Shown here: positions 46,205 through 57,280 of the stretch, in pieces | Layout of the letters: every line of letters starts with the position of its first letter | Numbering within the stretch: the first letter of the stretch is position 1 | Source: an uncultured Actinomycetes bacterium | GTDB lineage: Bacteria > Actinomycetota > Actinomycetes > S36-B12 > UBA5976 | Direction of reading: 5' to 3' | Length of the DNA: 64,000 nucleotides | Assembly: GCA_903892635.1 (NCBI GenBank) | Contig: CAITJH010000086.1 | Span: 36,227-100,226, forward strand | The notes under the pieces: generated by a model | Seen by the model: the letters and a program-made list of their open reading frames with translations, nothing else | Told to the model about the DNA's origin: nothing | The model's database searches: none | Position numbers and translations under genes: made by a program

Positions 46205-47968
46205 GTGCTACGCATGTCAACCCTGTTCCTACGAACTCTTCGTGAGGATCCAGCGGATGCCGAAGTGCCGAGTCACAAATTGCTGGTCCGTGGCGGATAT
46301 GTACGTCGAATTGCTCCCGGTATTTGGTCGTGGTTGCCACTGGGTTATTTGGTGTATCGAAACATCGAGCGCGTAGTGCGCGAAGAAATGGACAATGCCG
46401 GATTCCAAGAGGTTCATTTTCCTGCACTATTGCCTCGCGAACCCTACGAAAAAACGCATCGTTGGGAAGACTACGGCGACAACCTATTTCGGCTACAGGA
46501 TCGAAAGAAGGCCGATTATTTACTAGGGCCGACCCATGAGGAAATGTTCACACTTATGGTCAAAGGTGAATATTCTTCCTATAAAGATTTGCCACTGTGC
46601 ATTTATCACATACAGATTAAATATCGTGATGAAGCTCGTCCTCGTGCTGGAATTTTGCGCGCTCGCGAATTTGTTATGAAGGATTCATATTCATTCGATG
46701 TCACAGATGAAGGACTCGAAAAGTCCTACCAACGTCATCGCGAGGCATACATTTCAACTTTTGATCGCCTTGGATTGAAGTACGAAATTGTGTCCGCCAT
46801 GGCAGGCGCCATGGGTGGCTCAAAATCCGAAGAGTTCTTGGCGCCGTGCGAAACCGGTGAAGATACGTACGTTAAATGCCCTGCATGTGGCATGGCGGCA
46901 AACGTGGAAGCAATTGTGACTCAAAAATTGCCTGAGTTGGATGCCCACGATGTTCCTGCTGCACACGTGGAAAATACGCCAGATACTCCAACGATTGCCT
47001 CACTAGTCGAGATCTCGAACTCGCGTTCAGAACTTCGACGCGCAGATCGTGACTGGCAAGCATCTGACACATTGAAAAACGTTGTAGTTATGCAAGTAGC
47101 CGTCGATGGAACTCGCACGCCATTAGTGATTGGACTTCCTGGCGATCGCGAAGTTGATTTGAAACGTGTAGAAGCAGCACTTCACCCAATCGAGCTAGAA
47201 GCGTTTGAAGAGGAAGACTTCAAGAAATATCCAGCATTGGTTAAGGGCTACATCGGACCGCAGGTTCTCGGCGAGAAGTCAGTTAGTGGCATTCGTTATG
47301 TCGTTGATCCTCGAGTAGTGCGCGGATCTCGATGGATTACCGGAGCAAACAAGCCAGGTCATCACGTTTATGACTTAGTTGCAGGTCGTGATTTTGACTG
47401 GGACGCAGTTATGGAAGCAGCCGAAGTGCGTCAAGGTGATGCTTGCTCAAATTGTGGCGAAGAATTGTCTATCGCACGCGGCATCGAAATCGGTCACATC
47501 TTTCAACTTGGCCGCAAGTATGCAGAAGCGCTAGATCTCAAAGTTCTCGATGAAAACGGCGAGTTAGTTACCGTCACGATGGGCTCTTATGGAATTGGCG
47601 TTTCTCGTGCAGTAGCGACAATTGCAGAGCAGTCACACGACGAAAAGGGTCTCATTTGGCCACGTGAAGTTGCTCCTGCTGACATTCACATCATCGCTGC
47701 AGGAAAGGACGACTTGCCTTTTGACACAGCCGAGAAGTTTGCTCAGGAACTGGAAGTGCAAGGCGTACGCGTGTTGTTTGATGATCGACGTGGTGTGTCG
47801 ATCGGCGTGAAATTCAATGACTCTGAACTGTTAGGCATCCCCACTATTGCGGTTGTTGGTAAGGGTTTGAATGATGGCGTCATTGAAATGCGTGATCGCA
47901 AGAGTGGCGAACAGCAACTGGTGCCCGTCGATGCATTCGTTTCAACAGTTGTGGATTTGTGTCGATAA
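46205..47968 (+). CDS. proS: Prolyl-tRNA synthetase (bacterial type with editing insertion)
   Basis: N-terminus [16 protein letters not shown] plus class II motifs. GTG at 46205 lies 6 nt after AAGGAG. ATG 46214 is an alternative start. Confidence 0.95.
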   Translation: MLRMSTLFLRTLREDPADAEVPSHKLLVRGGYVRRIAPGIWSWLPLGYLVYRNIERVVREEMDNAGFQEVHFPALLPREPYEKTHRWEDYGDNLFRLQDRKKADYLLGPTHEEMFTLMVKGEYSSYKDLPLCIYHIQIKYRDEARPRAGILRAREFVMKDSYSFDVTDEGLEKSYQRHREAYISTFDRLGLKYEIVSAMAGAMGGSKSEEFLAPCETGEDTYVKCPACGMAANVEAIVTQKLPELDAHDVPAAHVENTPDTPTIASLVEISNSRSELRRADRDWQASDTLKNVVVMQVAVDGTRTPLVIGLPGDREVDLKRVEAALHPIELEAFEEEDFKKYPALVKGYIGPQVLGEKSVSGIRYVVDPRVVRGSRWITGANKPGHHVYDLVAGRDFDWDAVMEAAEVRQGDACSNCGEELSIARGIEIGHIFQLGRKYAEALDLKVLDENGELVTVTMGSYGIGVSRAVATIAEQSHDEKGLIWPREVAPADIHIIAAGKDDLPFDTAEKFAQELEVQGVRVLFDDRRGVSIGVKFNDSELLGIPTIAVVGKGLNDGVIEMRDRKSGEQQLVPVDAFVSTVVDLCR

Positions 47969-48693
47969 TGTCGATTGATGCTGTCATTTTTGACTGGGGT
48001 GGAACTCTCACTCCGTGGCACATTCTTGATCTCAAAGAGCAGTGGCTGGCTTACGCACAGGTATACGATCCAACCGATGCTGACAGCCTTGCTGATCGGC
48101 TTTTGACAGGGGAGCAAGCCCGCTGGTCGCATCAGTTCGCGACTGCTGGGGCAACAGGTACCGGTGCGCTGGAAAACATGTTTGTCGAGCAGGGCATCGA
48201 TACGTCAAGCGAGAGACATTTAGCCGCCCTTGAAGCGTACTTAGATGCATGGAATCCACATACTTATACCGATCCTGATGCTGTTTATGTTTTGGAAACC
48301 CTGCGAGCGAATGGCATCAAGACTGCGGTTTTATCAAACACTATGTGGCCTCGTAATCATCACGAGTGGATTTTGCAACGTGATGGCGTACTGCACTTAT
48401 TCGATTATTTGCTTTTCACAAGCGAGACCGAAGGTGCGAAGCCACATCGGTCAGTATTTGCGGATGTGTCCTACAACTTAGATGTAGCTCCCGAGAGATG
48501 TGCATTTGTAGGTGATCGACTGTTCGATGACATTCATGGAGCACAAAGCATCGGTATGCGCGGTATCTGGGTGCCGCATTCAAAAAATATACCAGCGGCA
48601 GAGTCAACAGATTTAGGGATTGTTCCTGACGCAACTTTGGAGCGTCTTGCTGATGTCGTCGACATCGTCAATGGGTGGAACGCGAACATTTAA
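47959..48693 (+). CDS. HAD-superfamily hydrolase
   Basis: Motif [11 protein letters not shown], motif II LSNT and motif IV GDRLFDD. Confidence 0.8.
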   Translation: MSIMSIDAVIFDWGGTLTPWHILDLKEQWLAYAQVYDPTDADSLADRLLTGEQARWSHQFATAGATGTGALENMFVEQGIDTSSERHLAALEAYLDAWNPHTYTDPDAVYVLETLRANGIKTAVLSNTMWPRNHHEWILQRDGVLHLFDYLLFTSETEGAKPHRSVFADVSYNLDVAPERCAFVGDRLFDDIHGAQSIGMRGIWVPHSKNIPAAESTDLGIVPDATLERLADVVDIVNGWNANI

Positions 48694-49457
48694 TGCTGCA
48701 TGATCTGACCGCGCTGACTGTATTTATATGCGTCGTAGTGGCGTTCACTGCAGGTTTTGTTGACGCAGTAGCTGGTGGTGGGGGATTAATTCAGCTACCC
48801 GTGATGTTGATGGTGTTTCCTGGATCCAGCATTGCCACTGTTAGTGGGACAAACAAGTCGATTTCAATCGTTGGTACAAGCGGAGCGGCGGCAACTTATG
48901 CCAAGCGGTTGCCGCTAGATCGACGTGTCATTACATCGATGGCGGTGTGTGCCTTTGTAGGTTCCGCCGTGGGTGCATCGTTGATTACGCATGTATCACG
49001 TGCAGATTTTGAACCAATCTTGCTTGTTGTCTTACTGTGCGTAAGCGTCTTTACGATCATGCGGCCAGAGTTTGGAGCGATTGCCAAACACACTCAGCGA
49101 GGACCGTTCACAGCAGGTCTATTGGGAATAGGAATTGGGTTCTATGATGGAATCTTGGGCCCAGGTACAGGTATGTTCCTTGTCCTTGGCCTCATTGCTG
49201 TCATAGGGCATGATTTTCTTGCGTCGTCAGCAATTGCCAAGTTTGTCAATGTAGCCACAAATCTTGCAGCTCTTTGCGTTTTCATTCCGTCACATAACGT
49301 GATGTGGTCGGTAACGCTTCTTATGGCACCTGCCAACCTAGTGGGCGGGTTGATTGGTGCTCGAACGGCACTCAATCGTGGAAGTGTTTTTGTTCGAGCC
49401 ATTTTCATAGCGGTACAGATTGCGATGGTAGTCCGGTTGTTGGTCACGTTGCATTAG
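48693..49457 (+). CDS. TauE/SafE (DUF81) family anion exporter-like membrane protein
   Basis: About 254 aa, 7-8 TM, glycine-rich repeats (AGGGGLIQLP, GILGPGTGMF). TAATG coupling to the HAD gene. Confidence 0.75.
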   Translation: MLHDLTALTVFICVVVAFTAGFVDAVAGGGGLIQLPVMLMVFPGSSIATVSGTNKSISIVGTSGAAATYAKRLPLDRRVITSMAVCAFVGSAVGASLITHVSRADFEPILLVVLLCVSVFTIMRPEFGAIAKHTQRGPFTAGLLGIGIGFYDGILGPGTGMFLVLGLIAVIGHDFLASSAIAKFVNVATNLAALCVFIPSHNVMWSVTLLMAPANLVGGLIGARTALNRGSVFVRAIFIAVQIAMVVRLLVTLH

Positions 49458-49843
49458 GCCGGGAAGGCATAAGAGACTCCAGACCATTTGTATCCGCGAA
49501 GTGCACATCGTTGTGGTGTTGATGTGAAGTCTGAGTACTCAATTGCAGATTCAGAGCTAAGGAAGTCAGCAAATTGCGCGGATAAAGAATTTTCAAGTTG
49601 TGCGCAGACTGTTACGGCTGTTTGAGAGTTTGAGATCTCGATTGGAAGTTTGTACGCTGCCTCCGCGGCAGGCACGGGCAGTTTTAGTGCTGTTGCTTTC
49701 TCGATTAAAGCGTCGCGCAGAATTCGATAATCAGCTTGGCAGTCCAGCGCGATGTTTGGTTGCGCAATAAATCCAGCAGCAACACCATATGTGTAAATGG
49801 CGCAATGGCAAGAGGCGATAACGTCCGATAGCGCGGTCATCAA
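49454..49843 (-). CDS. Ferritin-like DUF4439 domain protein
   Basis: N-terminal ALSDVIASCHCAIYTYGVAAGF matches my recollection of the DUF4439 signature (AL..AL.AEHAA.Y.YGV). ATGA overlap with the upstream gene. Confidence 0.55.
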   Translation of the reverse strand: MMTALSDVIASCHCAIYTYGVAAGFIAQPNIALDCQADYRILRDALIEKATALKLPVPAAEAAYKLPIEISNSQTAVTVCAQLENSLSAQFADFLSSESAIEYSDFTSTPQRCALRGYKWSGVSYAFPA

Positions 49844-50247
49844 CTTTGGCCAATCATTTCTTGGTGCACAGCATCAGAGGCGCTAATCAAGTACAAGGTC
49901 CGACGCAGTTCGTTATCCTCACTCGTATTGGCTAGCGACATGCATTGCGAGATCAGCGAATCAAGAGCCTGGTGAAGGTCAGTGATGACGATTGGTGACT
50001 TCGACGGTTCAGTTGTATCAATGAATTGATGTAAAGAATTGATGTGTGCTTGTTGATGCTGTGTGATGATGTGGCTATTTGTCGTGGGATGCGAATCTAA
50101 GAAAGCGACAACATTGTTTTTGGTGTCAATGATGCGCTCTACTTCTGAATTATTCTTTGCGGCCGCAGGCGACTTTCTGCACGCTGTGAGAAGCGATATT
50201 GACAGAGTCGCTCCAAGCAAACTTCTGCGAGAAATGTGGACCGTCAC
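49840..50247 (-). CDS. Tat-signal lipoprotein of unknown function
   Basis: SRRSLLGATLSISLLTAC is a twin-arginine-like signal plus lipobox. Paired with the DUF4439 gene. Confidence 0.55.
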   Translation of the reverse strand: MTVHISRRSLLGATLSISLLTACRKSPAAAKNNSEVERIIDTKNNVVAFLDSHPTTNSHIITQHQQAHINSLHQFIDTTEPSKSPIVITDLHQALDSLISQCMSLANTSEDNELRRTLYLISASDAVHQEMIGQS

Positions 50248-50338
50248 GCACTACATTCTGCCGTAAGACTTTTCATAATTACGGTTGCGATGTACTCTGA
50301 AGCCATAACTGCTCGACCAAATTGAAAAGGCGCACATC

Positions 50339-50800
50339 ATGGCTTCTACAGACGCACTTACTGCTCACATAGCGTCAATACTCGAGCCACTTGGAGTAGA
50401 GATCGATGATCTTGCGCTAACAAAAGCTGGTAATCGTCGAGTTCTTGATGTCGTGGTTGATGCTGATGAGCCAATCGATTTAGATCGTTTAGCCGAAATC
50501 TCGCGAGCAATTTCAGATTCTCTTGATGAATCAGACATCATGGGCACTGCGCCTTATGTCATGGAAGTTGGTACCCGCGGCGTCGGGCGCCCACTAACAA
50601 AGCCTGCCCATTGGCGTCGAAATGTTGGTCGTCTTGTCAAACTTTCTGGTGATGCTGTTGATGCTCAAGGTCGCATTATGTCCTTTGAAGATCCAATGGT
50701 CGTGGTCAACGTCAAGGGTCAGAATAAAACTTTCGACATAGCGAAGATCTCACGTGCAGTAATTGAAGTTGAATTTTCACGTCAAGGAGATGACAAGTAA
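50339..50800 (+). CDS. rimP: Ribosome maturation factor RimP
   Basis: 153 aa immediately upstream of and coupled to nusA. The LEVxxD...RVLDVVVD pattern is present. Confidence 0.88.
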   Translation: MASTDALTAHIASILEPLGVEIDDLALTKAGNRRVLDVVVDADEPIDLDRLAEISRAISDSLDESDIMGTAPYVMEVGTRGVGRPLTKPAHWRRNVGRLVKLSGDAVDAQGRIMSFEDPMVVVNVKGQNKTFDIAKISRAVIEVEFSRQGDDK

Positions 50801-51774
50801 TGGATATCGATGTTTCAGCACTCAAAGGAATAACTCGTGAACGTGGCATCAGCCTCGACTATCTCATTGAAGCAATCGAGCAAGCGCTTCTTGTTGCTTA
50901 TCTTCACTCCACTGGTGCGCACGATAATGCGAGAGTCACAGTAGATAGGTCATCAGGCCACATCACGGTTCTGGCAACAGAGCTGGACGACGAAGGTAGT
51001 GTCCTAGCTGAATTTGATGCGACTCCCGAAGGTTTCGGTCGCATGGCAGCAGGACTTGCGCGCGGTGTAATTACTCAGCGACTAAAAGAGGCTGGCGATG
51101 ATCAGATTGTTGGTGAATTTTCTGCCAAAGAAGGCGACATAGTCTCTGGTGTCATCCAGCAGGGTGCCGATCGCCGACTCGTGTTCGTCGATCTTGGACC
51201 CGTCGAAGGCGTTCTTCCTCCCGAGGAATGGGTTCCCGGAGAGGACTATGTTCACGGCCGCCGCATTCGTTGTTATGTAGTTTCAGTTCGCAAAGGTCCA
51301 AAGGGTCCAGTAGTTACGCTGTCGCGCAGTCACCCCAAGTTTGTTGAAGGGCTCTTCAAATTAGAAGTGCCCGAGATTGCCGATGGAACAGTGACTATCG
51401 AAGGAATTGCTCGCGAAGCTGGACATCGAACCAAGATGGCAGTAGCGACAAAGGTTGCCGGAGTAAATCCAAAGGGTTCGTGTATCGGACCTATGGGTGG
51501 TCGAGTTCGCGCTGTCATGAGTGAACTTAATGGTGAAAAAATCGACATTGTTGATTTCAGCGAAGATCTGAGCGAATACGTCACTCATGCGTTGTCGCCA
51601 GCACCCGTGATTTCAGCGGTCACTTTGGACGAAGTCAACCGTGTCGTTCGAGTTGTTGTGCCTGACTATAAGTTGTCACTTGCCATTGGTCGAGAGGGCC
51701 AAAATGCACGTTTAGCAGCACGTTTGACCGGTGCAAAGATCGACATCAAGTCCGATACAGCACCAGCTGAATAA
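50800..51774 (+). CDS. nusA: Transcription termination/antitermination factor NusA (short form, no AR repeats)
   Basis: S1 and two KH regions (IGREGQNARLAARLTG). Confidence 0.95.
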   Translation: MDIDVSALKGITRERGISLDYLIEAIEQALLVAYLHSTGAHDNARVTVDRSSGHITVLATELDDEGSVLAEFDATPEGFGRMAAGLARGVITQRLKEAGDDQIVGEFSAKEGDIVSGVIQQGADRRLVFVDLGPVEGVLPPEEWVPGEDYVHGRRIRCYVVSVRKGPKGPVVTLSRSHPKFVEGLFKLEVPEIADGTVTIEGIAREAGHRTKMAVATKVAGVNPKGSCIGPMGGRVRAVMSELNGEKIDIVDFSEDLSEYVTHALSPAPVISAVTLDEVNRVVRVVVPDYKLSLAIGREGQNARLAARLTGAKIDIKSDTAPAE

Positions 51775-51843
51775 CCAGCGCCAGCACGGCGTGGGGCTAG
51801 AACGGCGATTTATTGGGCTAGACTGTTGCAAGGAATTGTTGAT

Positions 51844-52089
51844 ATGGCCATTGAACGCACGTGTGTTGGATGCCGTAGCAAGGATTCCACAAGCCAGTTA
51901 TTGAGGTTTGTGGTCTTGGGCCAGCGTGTTGTCGCTGATCCAAGTCGAAGTGCAATCGGACGTGGTGCATACCTGCACCCCACTAAAGAATGTATTTCAC
52001 AGGCTGTTTCTCGCAAGGCGTTTGCTCGTGCTTTACGTGCAAATGTCCAAGCCCCGACAGTCGAGTCACTTACGTCGACTTCTGACTAA
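51844..52089 (+). CDS. ylxR: YlxR/DUF448 family RNA-binding protein
   Basis: RTCVGCR...GRGAYLH motif. Lies between nusA and infB. Confidence 0.85.
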   Translation: MAIERTCVGCRSKDSTSQLLRFVVLGQRVVADPSRSAIGRGAYLHPTKECISQAVSRKAFARALRANVQAPTVESLTSTSD

Positions 52090-52249
52090 CTAACCGTCTA
52101 CTACCGTCACAATCGGGAGTTTTAATGTCAACCATCACGGCTGCGTTCAACCGATGAACGCCCGCAACCAGAGTGCTCAGCGATGAGCGCCCAGAAACGA
52201 TAAGACGGTCCGGTAAGACTTGAAAACCCCCGGACCAGACTGGAGAAAA

Positions 52250-54958
52250 GTGTCTAAGGCCCGGGTTCACGAACTCGCTAAAAATTATGGTGTCACCTCG
52301 AAAGAGATCATCGAAAAGCTTGAGTCAATCAAAGAATATGTAAAGTCGGCATCGTCGACTGTTGAAGCGCCAGTTGTCCGAAAGCTGGAAAAGGCGTTTC
52401 CAGAGCTCGCCGCTGCTGCCGCAGCTGCACCAGCAGAAAAGCCGCCAGCAAAGAAAGCTGCTGCCAAAAAGGCTGCTGCCAAGGCTCCTGCCGCTGAAGT
52501 ATCTGAAGAAACTCAGACGCCAGTAGCCCCAATTCCAACTGCTCCGGCTGCTGCTGTTGCTCCAGAAGTACCAGCTACTCCAGTTGCTGCTGCGCCAACT
52601 GCTGTCGAACCGCCTGCTGGCCCACGTCCTCCTATGCCAGGTCCACGCCCAGGTGGTCCACGTCCTGGAAACAATCCTTTCTCTTCAGCTCCTCGCACAG
52701 CGCGACCAGGCAATAACCCGTTCTCATCTCCAGGTGAACGTGCTGCACGGCCAGGTCCAGGTGTTGCGGGTGCTCCTCGTCCAGCCGGTGTTCGTCCCGG
52801 TGGCCCAGGAACCGGTGGTCCTCGTCCAGGCGGACCTCGTCCAGGCGGACCCGGTGGACCAGGTGCTGGTCGTCCAAGTTTCGGTGGTCCTCGTCCAGGT
52901 GGCGCGGGTGGCGGTTTCGGTGGTCCTCGTCCAGGTGGCGCGGGTGGCGCAGCCGGTGCTCCAGGTATGGGTGGTCCAGGTGGCGGTCGTCCCGGTGGTG
53001 GACGTCCAGGCTCAACGGGCGGTCGCGGCAATACTGCGGGCGCTTTCGGTAAGAGCGGAGGTAAGCCATCAAAGGGTCGCAAGTCAAAGCGCGCAAAGCG
53101 TCAAGAATTCGACAACATGATGGCTCCGTCCATGGGCGGTGCCAAGGTGCCAATGGGTCAAGGCCAGCCACTACGGATTCAACGCGGTGCCTCGCTGACT
53201 GACTTTGCCGAGAAAATCGGTTCAGATGCAGCTCCATTGGTGACCTTGCTATTCAAGATGGGCTCAATGGTTACTGCTACACAGTCCGTTGATGAAGACA
53301 CCCTGTTGTTGCTCGGCGCAGAACTGAATTACGACGTTCAATTGATCTCTCCTGAGGATGAAGATCGTGAACTACTTGAATCGTTCGACCTTGAATTCGG
53401 TGACGAAGGTGACGACGACGATCTCGTTGTTCGAGCACCTGTTGTCACGGTCATGGGTCACGTTGATCACGGTAAGACCCGATTGCTTGATGCAATCCGC
53501 CAGACAAACGTGGTTGCGCGCGAAGCTGGTGGCATTACACAGCACATTGGTGCATACCAAATTCATTCAATGCATGACGGCGTTAATCGAGCAATTACAT
53601 TCATCGACACTCCAGGCCACGAAGCCTTCACCGCTATGCGTGCCCGTGGTGCTCAGGTAACTGACATTGCCGTGCTTGTTGTCGCTGCTGATGATGGTGT
53701 GAAGCCGCAAACTATTGAGGCCTTGAATCACGCTCAAGCTGCAGATGTGCCAATCGTGGTTGCTGTTAACAAGATCGATAAGGAAGGTGCCGATCCTACA
53801 AAGGTTCGCGGTCAACTCACTGAGTATGGCCTTGTTCCAGAAGAGTACGGTGGCAACACAATCTTTGTTGACGTATCAGCGAAGAACAATCTCAACATTG
53901 ATGAATTGATCGATTCGATCTTGCTGACTGCAGATGCTGGAATGGATCTGCGTGCGAATCCAACTCAGGATGCACAAGGTGTGGCTATCGAAGCACATCT
54001 TGATCGTGGTCGTGGTCCAGTTGCAACAGTTTTGGTACAGCGTGGAACGTTGCGTCCTGGTGACACGATTGTTGTTGGCGATGCTTATGGTCGCGTTCGT
54101 GCAATGCTCGACGAAAACGGCGACGAAGTTGATTTCGCCGAGCCAGCTCGCGCAGTTCAGGTGCTCGGTTTATCCGCTGTACCTGGTGCAGGTGACACGT
54201 TCCTTGTTGTTGACGAAGACCGAACAGCACGCCAGATTGCGGCTTCACGTGAAGCACGTGCTCGTAACGCCGAATTGGCCAAGCGCCGTAAGCGCACGAC
54301 GATTGATGACGTACTTCGTACTCTTGAAAAGGGTGAAGTTGCAGAACTCAAGATCATCATCAAGGGTGACGTCTCCGGTTCGGTTGAAGCACTGGAAGAT
54401 GCGTTGCTAGCTATTGATGTCGGCGATGAAAACGTGCTCTTGCGCGTCATTCACCGTGGCGTTGGTGCCATCACCGAAAACGATGTCACCTTGGCATCGG
54501 CTTCAGATGCAATGATCATCGGATTCAATGTGCGTCCCGAAGGCAAGTCTCGCGACTTGGCTGAACGTGAAGGCGTGGAAGTTCGTTTCTACAACGTTAT
54601 CTACGGTGTTATTGACGACATTGAATCATCGCTCAAGGGTATGCGTAAGGCCGAGTACGAAGAGGCCGAATTGGGTACCGCAGAGGTTCGCGAAGTCTTC
54701 CGTTCGTCTAAGTTCGGAAACATCGCAGGTTGCATGGTTCAGTCTGGCGAGATTAAGCGCAAGGCTAAGGCCCGCCTGATTCGTGACGGTGTTGTTGTGG
54801 CAGCAGATGTCAGCATCGATACGTTGCGCCGATTCAAGGATGACGCAACTGAAGTTCGTGAAGGCTTCGAGTGCGGTATCGGACTGGGATCGTTCAATGA
54901 CATTAAGGTCGGCGACATCATCGAAACCTACGAAATGCGTGAAAAGGTTCGCGCCTAA
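52250..54958 (+). CDS. infB: Translation initiation factor IF-2
   Basis: GTG 52250 after GGAGAAAA gives [11 protein letters not shown], the canonical IF2 N-terminus. Ala/Pro/Gly-rich linker. G-domain [14 protein letters not shown] and DTPGHEAF. Confidence 0.96.
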   Translation: MSKARVHELAKNYGVTSKEIIEKLESIKEYVKSASSTVEAPVVRKLEKAFPELAAAAAAAPAEKPPAKKAAAKKAAAKAPAAEVSEETQTPVAPIPTAPAAAVAPEVPATPVAAAPTAVEPPAGPRPPMPGPRPGGPRPGNNPFSSAPRTARPGNNPFSSPGERAARPGPGVAGAPRPAGVRPGGPGTGGPRPGGPRPGGPGGPGAGRPSFGGPRPGGAGGGFGGPRPGGAGGAAGAPGMGGPGGGRPGGGRPGSTGGRGNTAGAFGKSGGKPSKGRKSKRAKRQEFDNMMAPSMGGAKVPMGQGQPLRIQRGASLTDFAEKIGSDAAPLVTLLFKMGSMVTATQSVDEDTLLLLGAELNYDVQLISPEDEDRELLESFDLEFGDEGDDDDLVVRAPVVTVMGHVDHGKTRLLDAIRQTNVVAREAGGITQHIGAYQIHSMHDGVNRAITFIDTPGHEAFTAMRARGAQVTDIAVLVVAADDGVKPQTIEALNHAQAADVPIVVAVNKIDKEGADPTKVRGQLTEYGLVPEEYGGNTIFVDVSAKNNLNIDELIDSILLTADAGMDLRANPTQDAQGVAIEAHLDRGRGPVATVLVQRGTLRPGDTIVVGDAYGRVRAMLDENGDEVDFAEPARAVQVLGLSAVPGAGDTFLVVDEDRTARQIAASREARARNAELAKRRKRTTIDDVLRTLEKGEVAELKIIIKGDVSGSVEALEDALLAIDVGDENVLLRVIHRGVGAITENDVTLASASDAMIIGFNVRPEGKSRDLAEREGVEVRFYNVIYGVIDDIESSLKGMRKAEYEEAELGTAEVREVFRSSKFGNIAGCMVQSGEIKRKAKARLIRDGVVVAADVSIDTLRRFKDDATEVREGFECGIGLGSFNDIKVGDIIETYEMREKVRA
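52879..52950 (+). repeat. Tandem 36-nt duplication inside the infB linker
   Basis: 52879-52914 and 52915-52950 are identical at 35 of 36 positions. They encode [12 protein letters not shown] and [12 protein letters not shown]. Confidence 0.9.
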
Positions 54959-54969
54959 AGGAGGCACTC

Positions 54970-55395
54970 ATGGCTGACGCCGCACGTGCTCGTCGATTAG
55001 GCGAGCGAATTCAAGAGATTGTGGCTGAGACACTTGAGATGAAGATCAAAGATCCTCGTCTGGGCTTTATCACTGTGACGGATGCACGTTTGTCGCCTGA
55101 CTTGATGGACGCAACTGTGTTCTATACGGTCTACGGTTCAGAGGAAGAGGCACTTGCAACTGCAGCTGCATTGGAATCTGCCAAAGGTCTGGTGCGTAGT
55201 GAGATCGGTAAACGTACGGGCATCAAGTTCACCCCAACGGTTGCCTTTATCCGTGATGCATTGCCAACGAGTGTCAAGCAAATTGATGATCTTTTGGAAA
55301 AAGCTGCACAGGCTGATCGGGAATTACACGAGCGCGCTGCTGGTGCAACCTTTGCTGGAGATGCGGATCCGTATAAACAGCAGGATGCTCATTAG
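54970..55395 (+). CDS. rbfA: Ribosome-binding factor A
   Basis: 141 aa. RLGERIQEIVAE...DPRLGFITVTD. Confidence 0.93.
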   Translation: MADAARARRLGERIQEIVAETLEMKIKDPRLGFITVTDARLSPDLMDATVFYTVYGSEEEALATAAALESAKGLVRSEIGKRTGIKFTPTVAFIRDALPTSVKQIDDLLEKAAQADRELHERAAGATFAGDADPYKQQDAH

Positions 55396-55398
55396 GTC

Positions 55399-56409
55399 AT
55401 GACATCTAATTACCCACCAATTCCTGACTGGAACGGCGCAGTCTCTGCTCTGCGTTCGGCCGAGTCGGTGTTGTTGGTTGCGCACGTAACACCTGATGCT
55501 GATGCTTTAGGTTCTGCACTTGCCTTGGGTTTGGCATTGCGCACACAGGGTAAGTCAGTGCAAGTTTCAGTAGGAGAGAGTGGATTTACTGTTCCAGATT
55601 CGCTCGACTTCTTGCCAGGTTTAGATCTCGTCGTTACTCCCGAAGATGTGGTGCTTCCAGACGTTGTAGTTGTCTGCGACACTTCATCATTGGAACGGCT
55701 TGGAACTTTAGCTCAAGCGGTTGGTTCAGCACCGATTTCTATCGCGTTAGACCATCACCCAACTTTTAACGGTTTTGGAACTATCCACGTTATTGATCCT
55801 GAAGCACCGGCAACTGCCGCACTAGCGCTGAAATTGATTGATTTGATGGATGTCACTCTCACTCGCGACATGGCCGAAGCCATTTACGCAGGATTGGCTA
55901 CCGACACGGGTTCATTTAAGTTCCAAGCGACAACATCCCAAACACTGCGCGATGCCGCACGACTCTTTGATGCTGGGATCAATCACGGCGAATTGGCTCG
56001 CAAACTTTTTGATGACGAACCGTTCGATGCCTTAAAGATCCTTGGAAGTGCATTAGACCGTGCCGTCCTCATTCAAGGGGCAGTGGCTGGTCGGGGATTG
56101 GTGTACACGAAAGTTGCTGCAAGTGATCGAGGCAATTTGCCGGAACTTGCCATGGAGCGAATCATCGACACTTTACGTCGTACGAATGAAGCTGAAGTTG
56201 CAGCTGTTTTCAAACAAACGGACGATGGCATTTGGAAAGGTTCGTTGCGGAGCAAGACCTTGATCAACGTTGGTGAAGTTGCGCGAGTGCTCGGCGGAGG
56301 TGGCCACAAGTACGCTGCAGGTTACACCGGCACGAATGATGTCGATCAAATGGTTGCCGATTTGATAAACGAACTTGATCGAGTTTCAGGAGACCTTGGT
56401 GGTCACTGA
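55399..56409 (+). CDS. nrnA: DHH/DHHA1 phosphoesterase (NrnA-type oligoribonuclease/pAp phosphatase)
   Basis: HVTPDADALGS, ALDHH and GGGHKYAAG motifs. Confidence 0.88.
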   Translation: MTSNYPPIPDWNGAVSALRSAESVLLVAHVTPDADALGSALALGLALRTQGKSVQVSVGESGFTVPDSLDFLPGLDLVVTPEDVVLPDVVVVCDTSSLERLGTLAQAVGSAPISIALDHHPTFNGFGTIHVIDPEAPATAALALKLIDLMDVTLTRDMAEAIYAGLATDTGSFKFQATTSQTLRDAARLFDAGINHGELARKLFDDEPFDALKILGSALDRAVLIQGAVAGRGLVYTKVAASDRGNLPELAMERIIDTLRRTNEAEVAAVFKQTDDGIWKGSLRSKTLINVGEVARVLGGGGHKYAAGYTGTNDVDQMVADLINELDRVSGDLGGH

Positions 56410-57280
56410 CGGAATTGTGCTCGTTGACAAACCGCAGGGCCCAACGTCACATGATGTAGTGGCTCAATGTCGAAAGATTTTCAACACACGAAAAGTGGGT
56501 CATGCCGGAACTTTAGATCCGATGGCAACTGGAATGTTAGTCATCGGTGTTGGACGTGCAACTCGTTTGCTTGGTTACCTCTCAGCAAACGACAAGGAAT
56601 ATTTAGCAATCATGCGATTGGGCATTTCGACCGAAACTGATGATGCAGAAGGCGAGGTTATTCGGAGCAGTTCAGCTGATCATGTAACGGATGACGCGTT
56701 ACTTGAAGTCATTCGAGGCTTTCGAGGACACATTAGTCAGCGCCCAAGCAAAGTCAGCGCCATCAAAGTTGATGGAAAGCGAGCGTATGCACGCGTGCGG
56801 GACGGTGAGGAAGTGGAACTTCCTGCGCGTGAGGTCACCGTCCAAGATATTGAAGTTATCGCTATCGAGCGTCAATCCGATCTACAAGTCGTCGATGTGA
56901 CGGTTCGGGTTGTTTGTAGTGCCGGAACTTACATTCGGGCTCTTGCACGTGATATCGGAGATCAACTTGGAGTAGGTGGTCACTTGACCATGTTGCGCCG
57001 TACCCGCTCGGGTTCGTTCTCGACGATGACTCCGCTTGAGGTACTGCGAGAGAAACCGACTATTGTTCCGCTTGCAGACGCAATTCGCACTGGATTTCCA
57101 GTCGTGACTCTCAGCGATGACGAGGCCAAACGTGCCCGACATGGTGTGCATGTACCTGCGCCACTAGAAGCGCACGATGGTCTCTCGGGAATTTTTGATA
57201 CTGCAGGCAATGTCATTTCACTTGCTCAGATCTCCTCGAACGTTGTCTCTCCTGTAGTGGTGTTTGTTGGTCATGACTAA
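56399..57280 (+). CDS. truB: tRNA pseudouridine(55) synthase
   Basis: GHAGTLDPMATG catalytic Asp motif. GTG 56399 after CAGGAG was chosen as the start. The longer ORF starts at 56375 inside nrnA. Confidence 0.93.
   Translation: MVTDGIVLVDKPQGPTSHDVVAQCRKIFNTRKVGHAGTLDPMATGMLVIGVGRATRLLGYLSANDKEYLAIMRLGISTETDDAEGEVIRSSSADHVTDDALLEVIRGFRGHISQRPSKVSAIKVDGKRAYARVRDGEEVELPAREVTVQDIEVIAIERQSDLQVVDVTVRVVCSAGTYIRALARDIGDQLGVGGHLTMLRRTRSGSFSTMTPLEVLREKPTIVPLADAIRTGFPVVTLSDDEAKRARHGVHVPAPLEAHDGLSGIFDTAGNVISLAQISSNVVSPVVVFVGHD

Noticed and set aside
49454-50247. Possible split or frameshifted single gene (pseudogene)
   Set aside because: The ATGA overlap is a normal coupling signal, and a two-gene arrangement at this locus matches recalled mycobacterial synteny. 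There is no evidence of frame disruption.
52513-53237. Long Pro/Gly/Arg-rich ORFs on both strands (189, 187 and 201 aa) within the infB linker
   Set aside because: They are produced by the repetitive GC-rich GGxCCx codon pattern of the IF2 linker. The IF2 frame is continuous with a canonical N-terminus and G domain.
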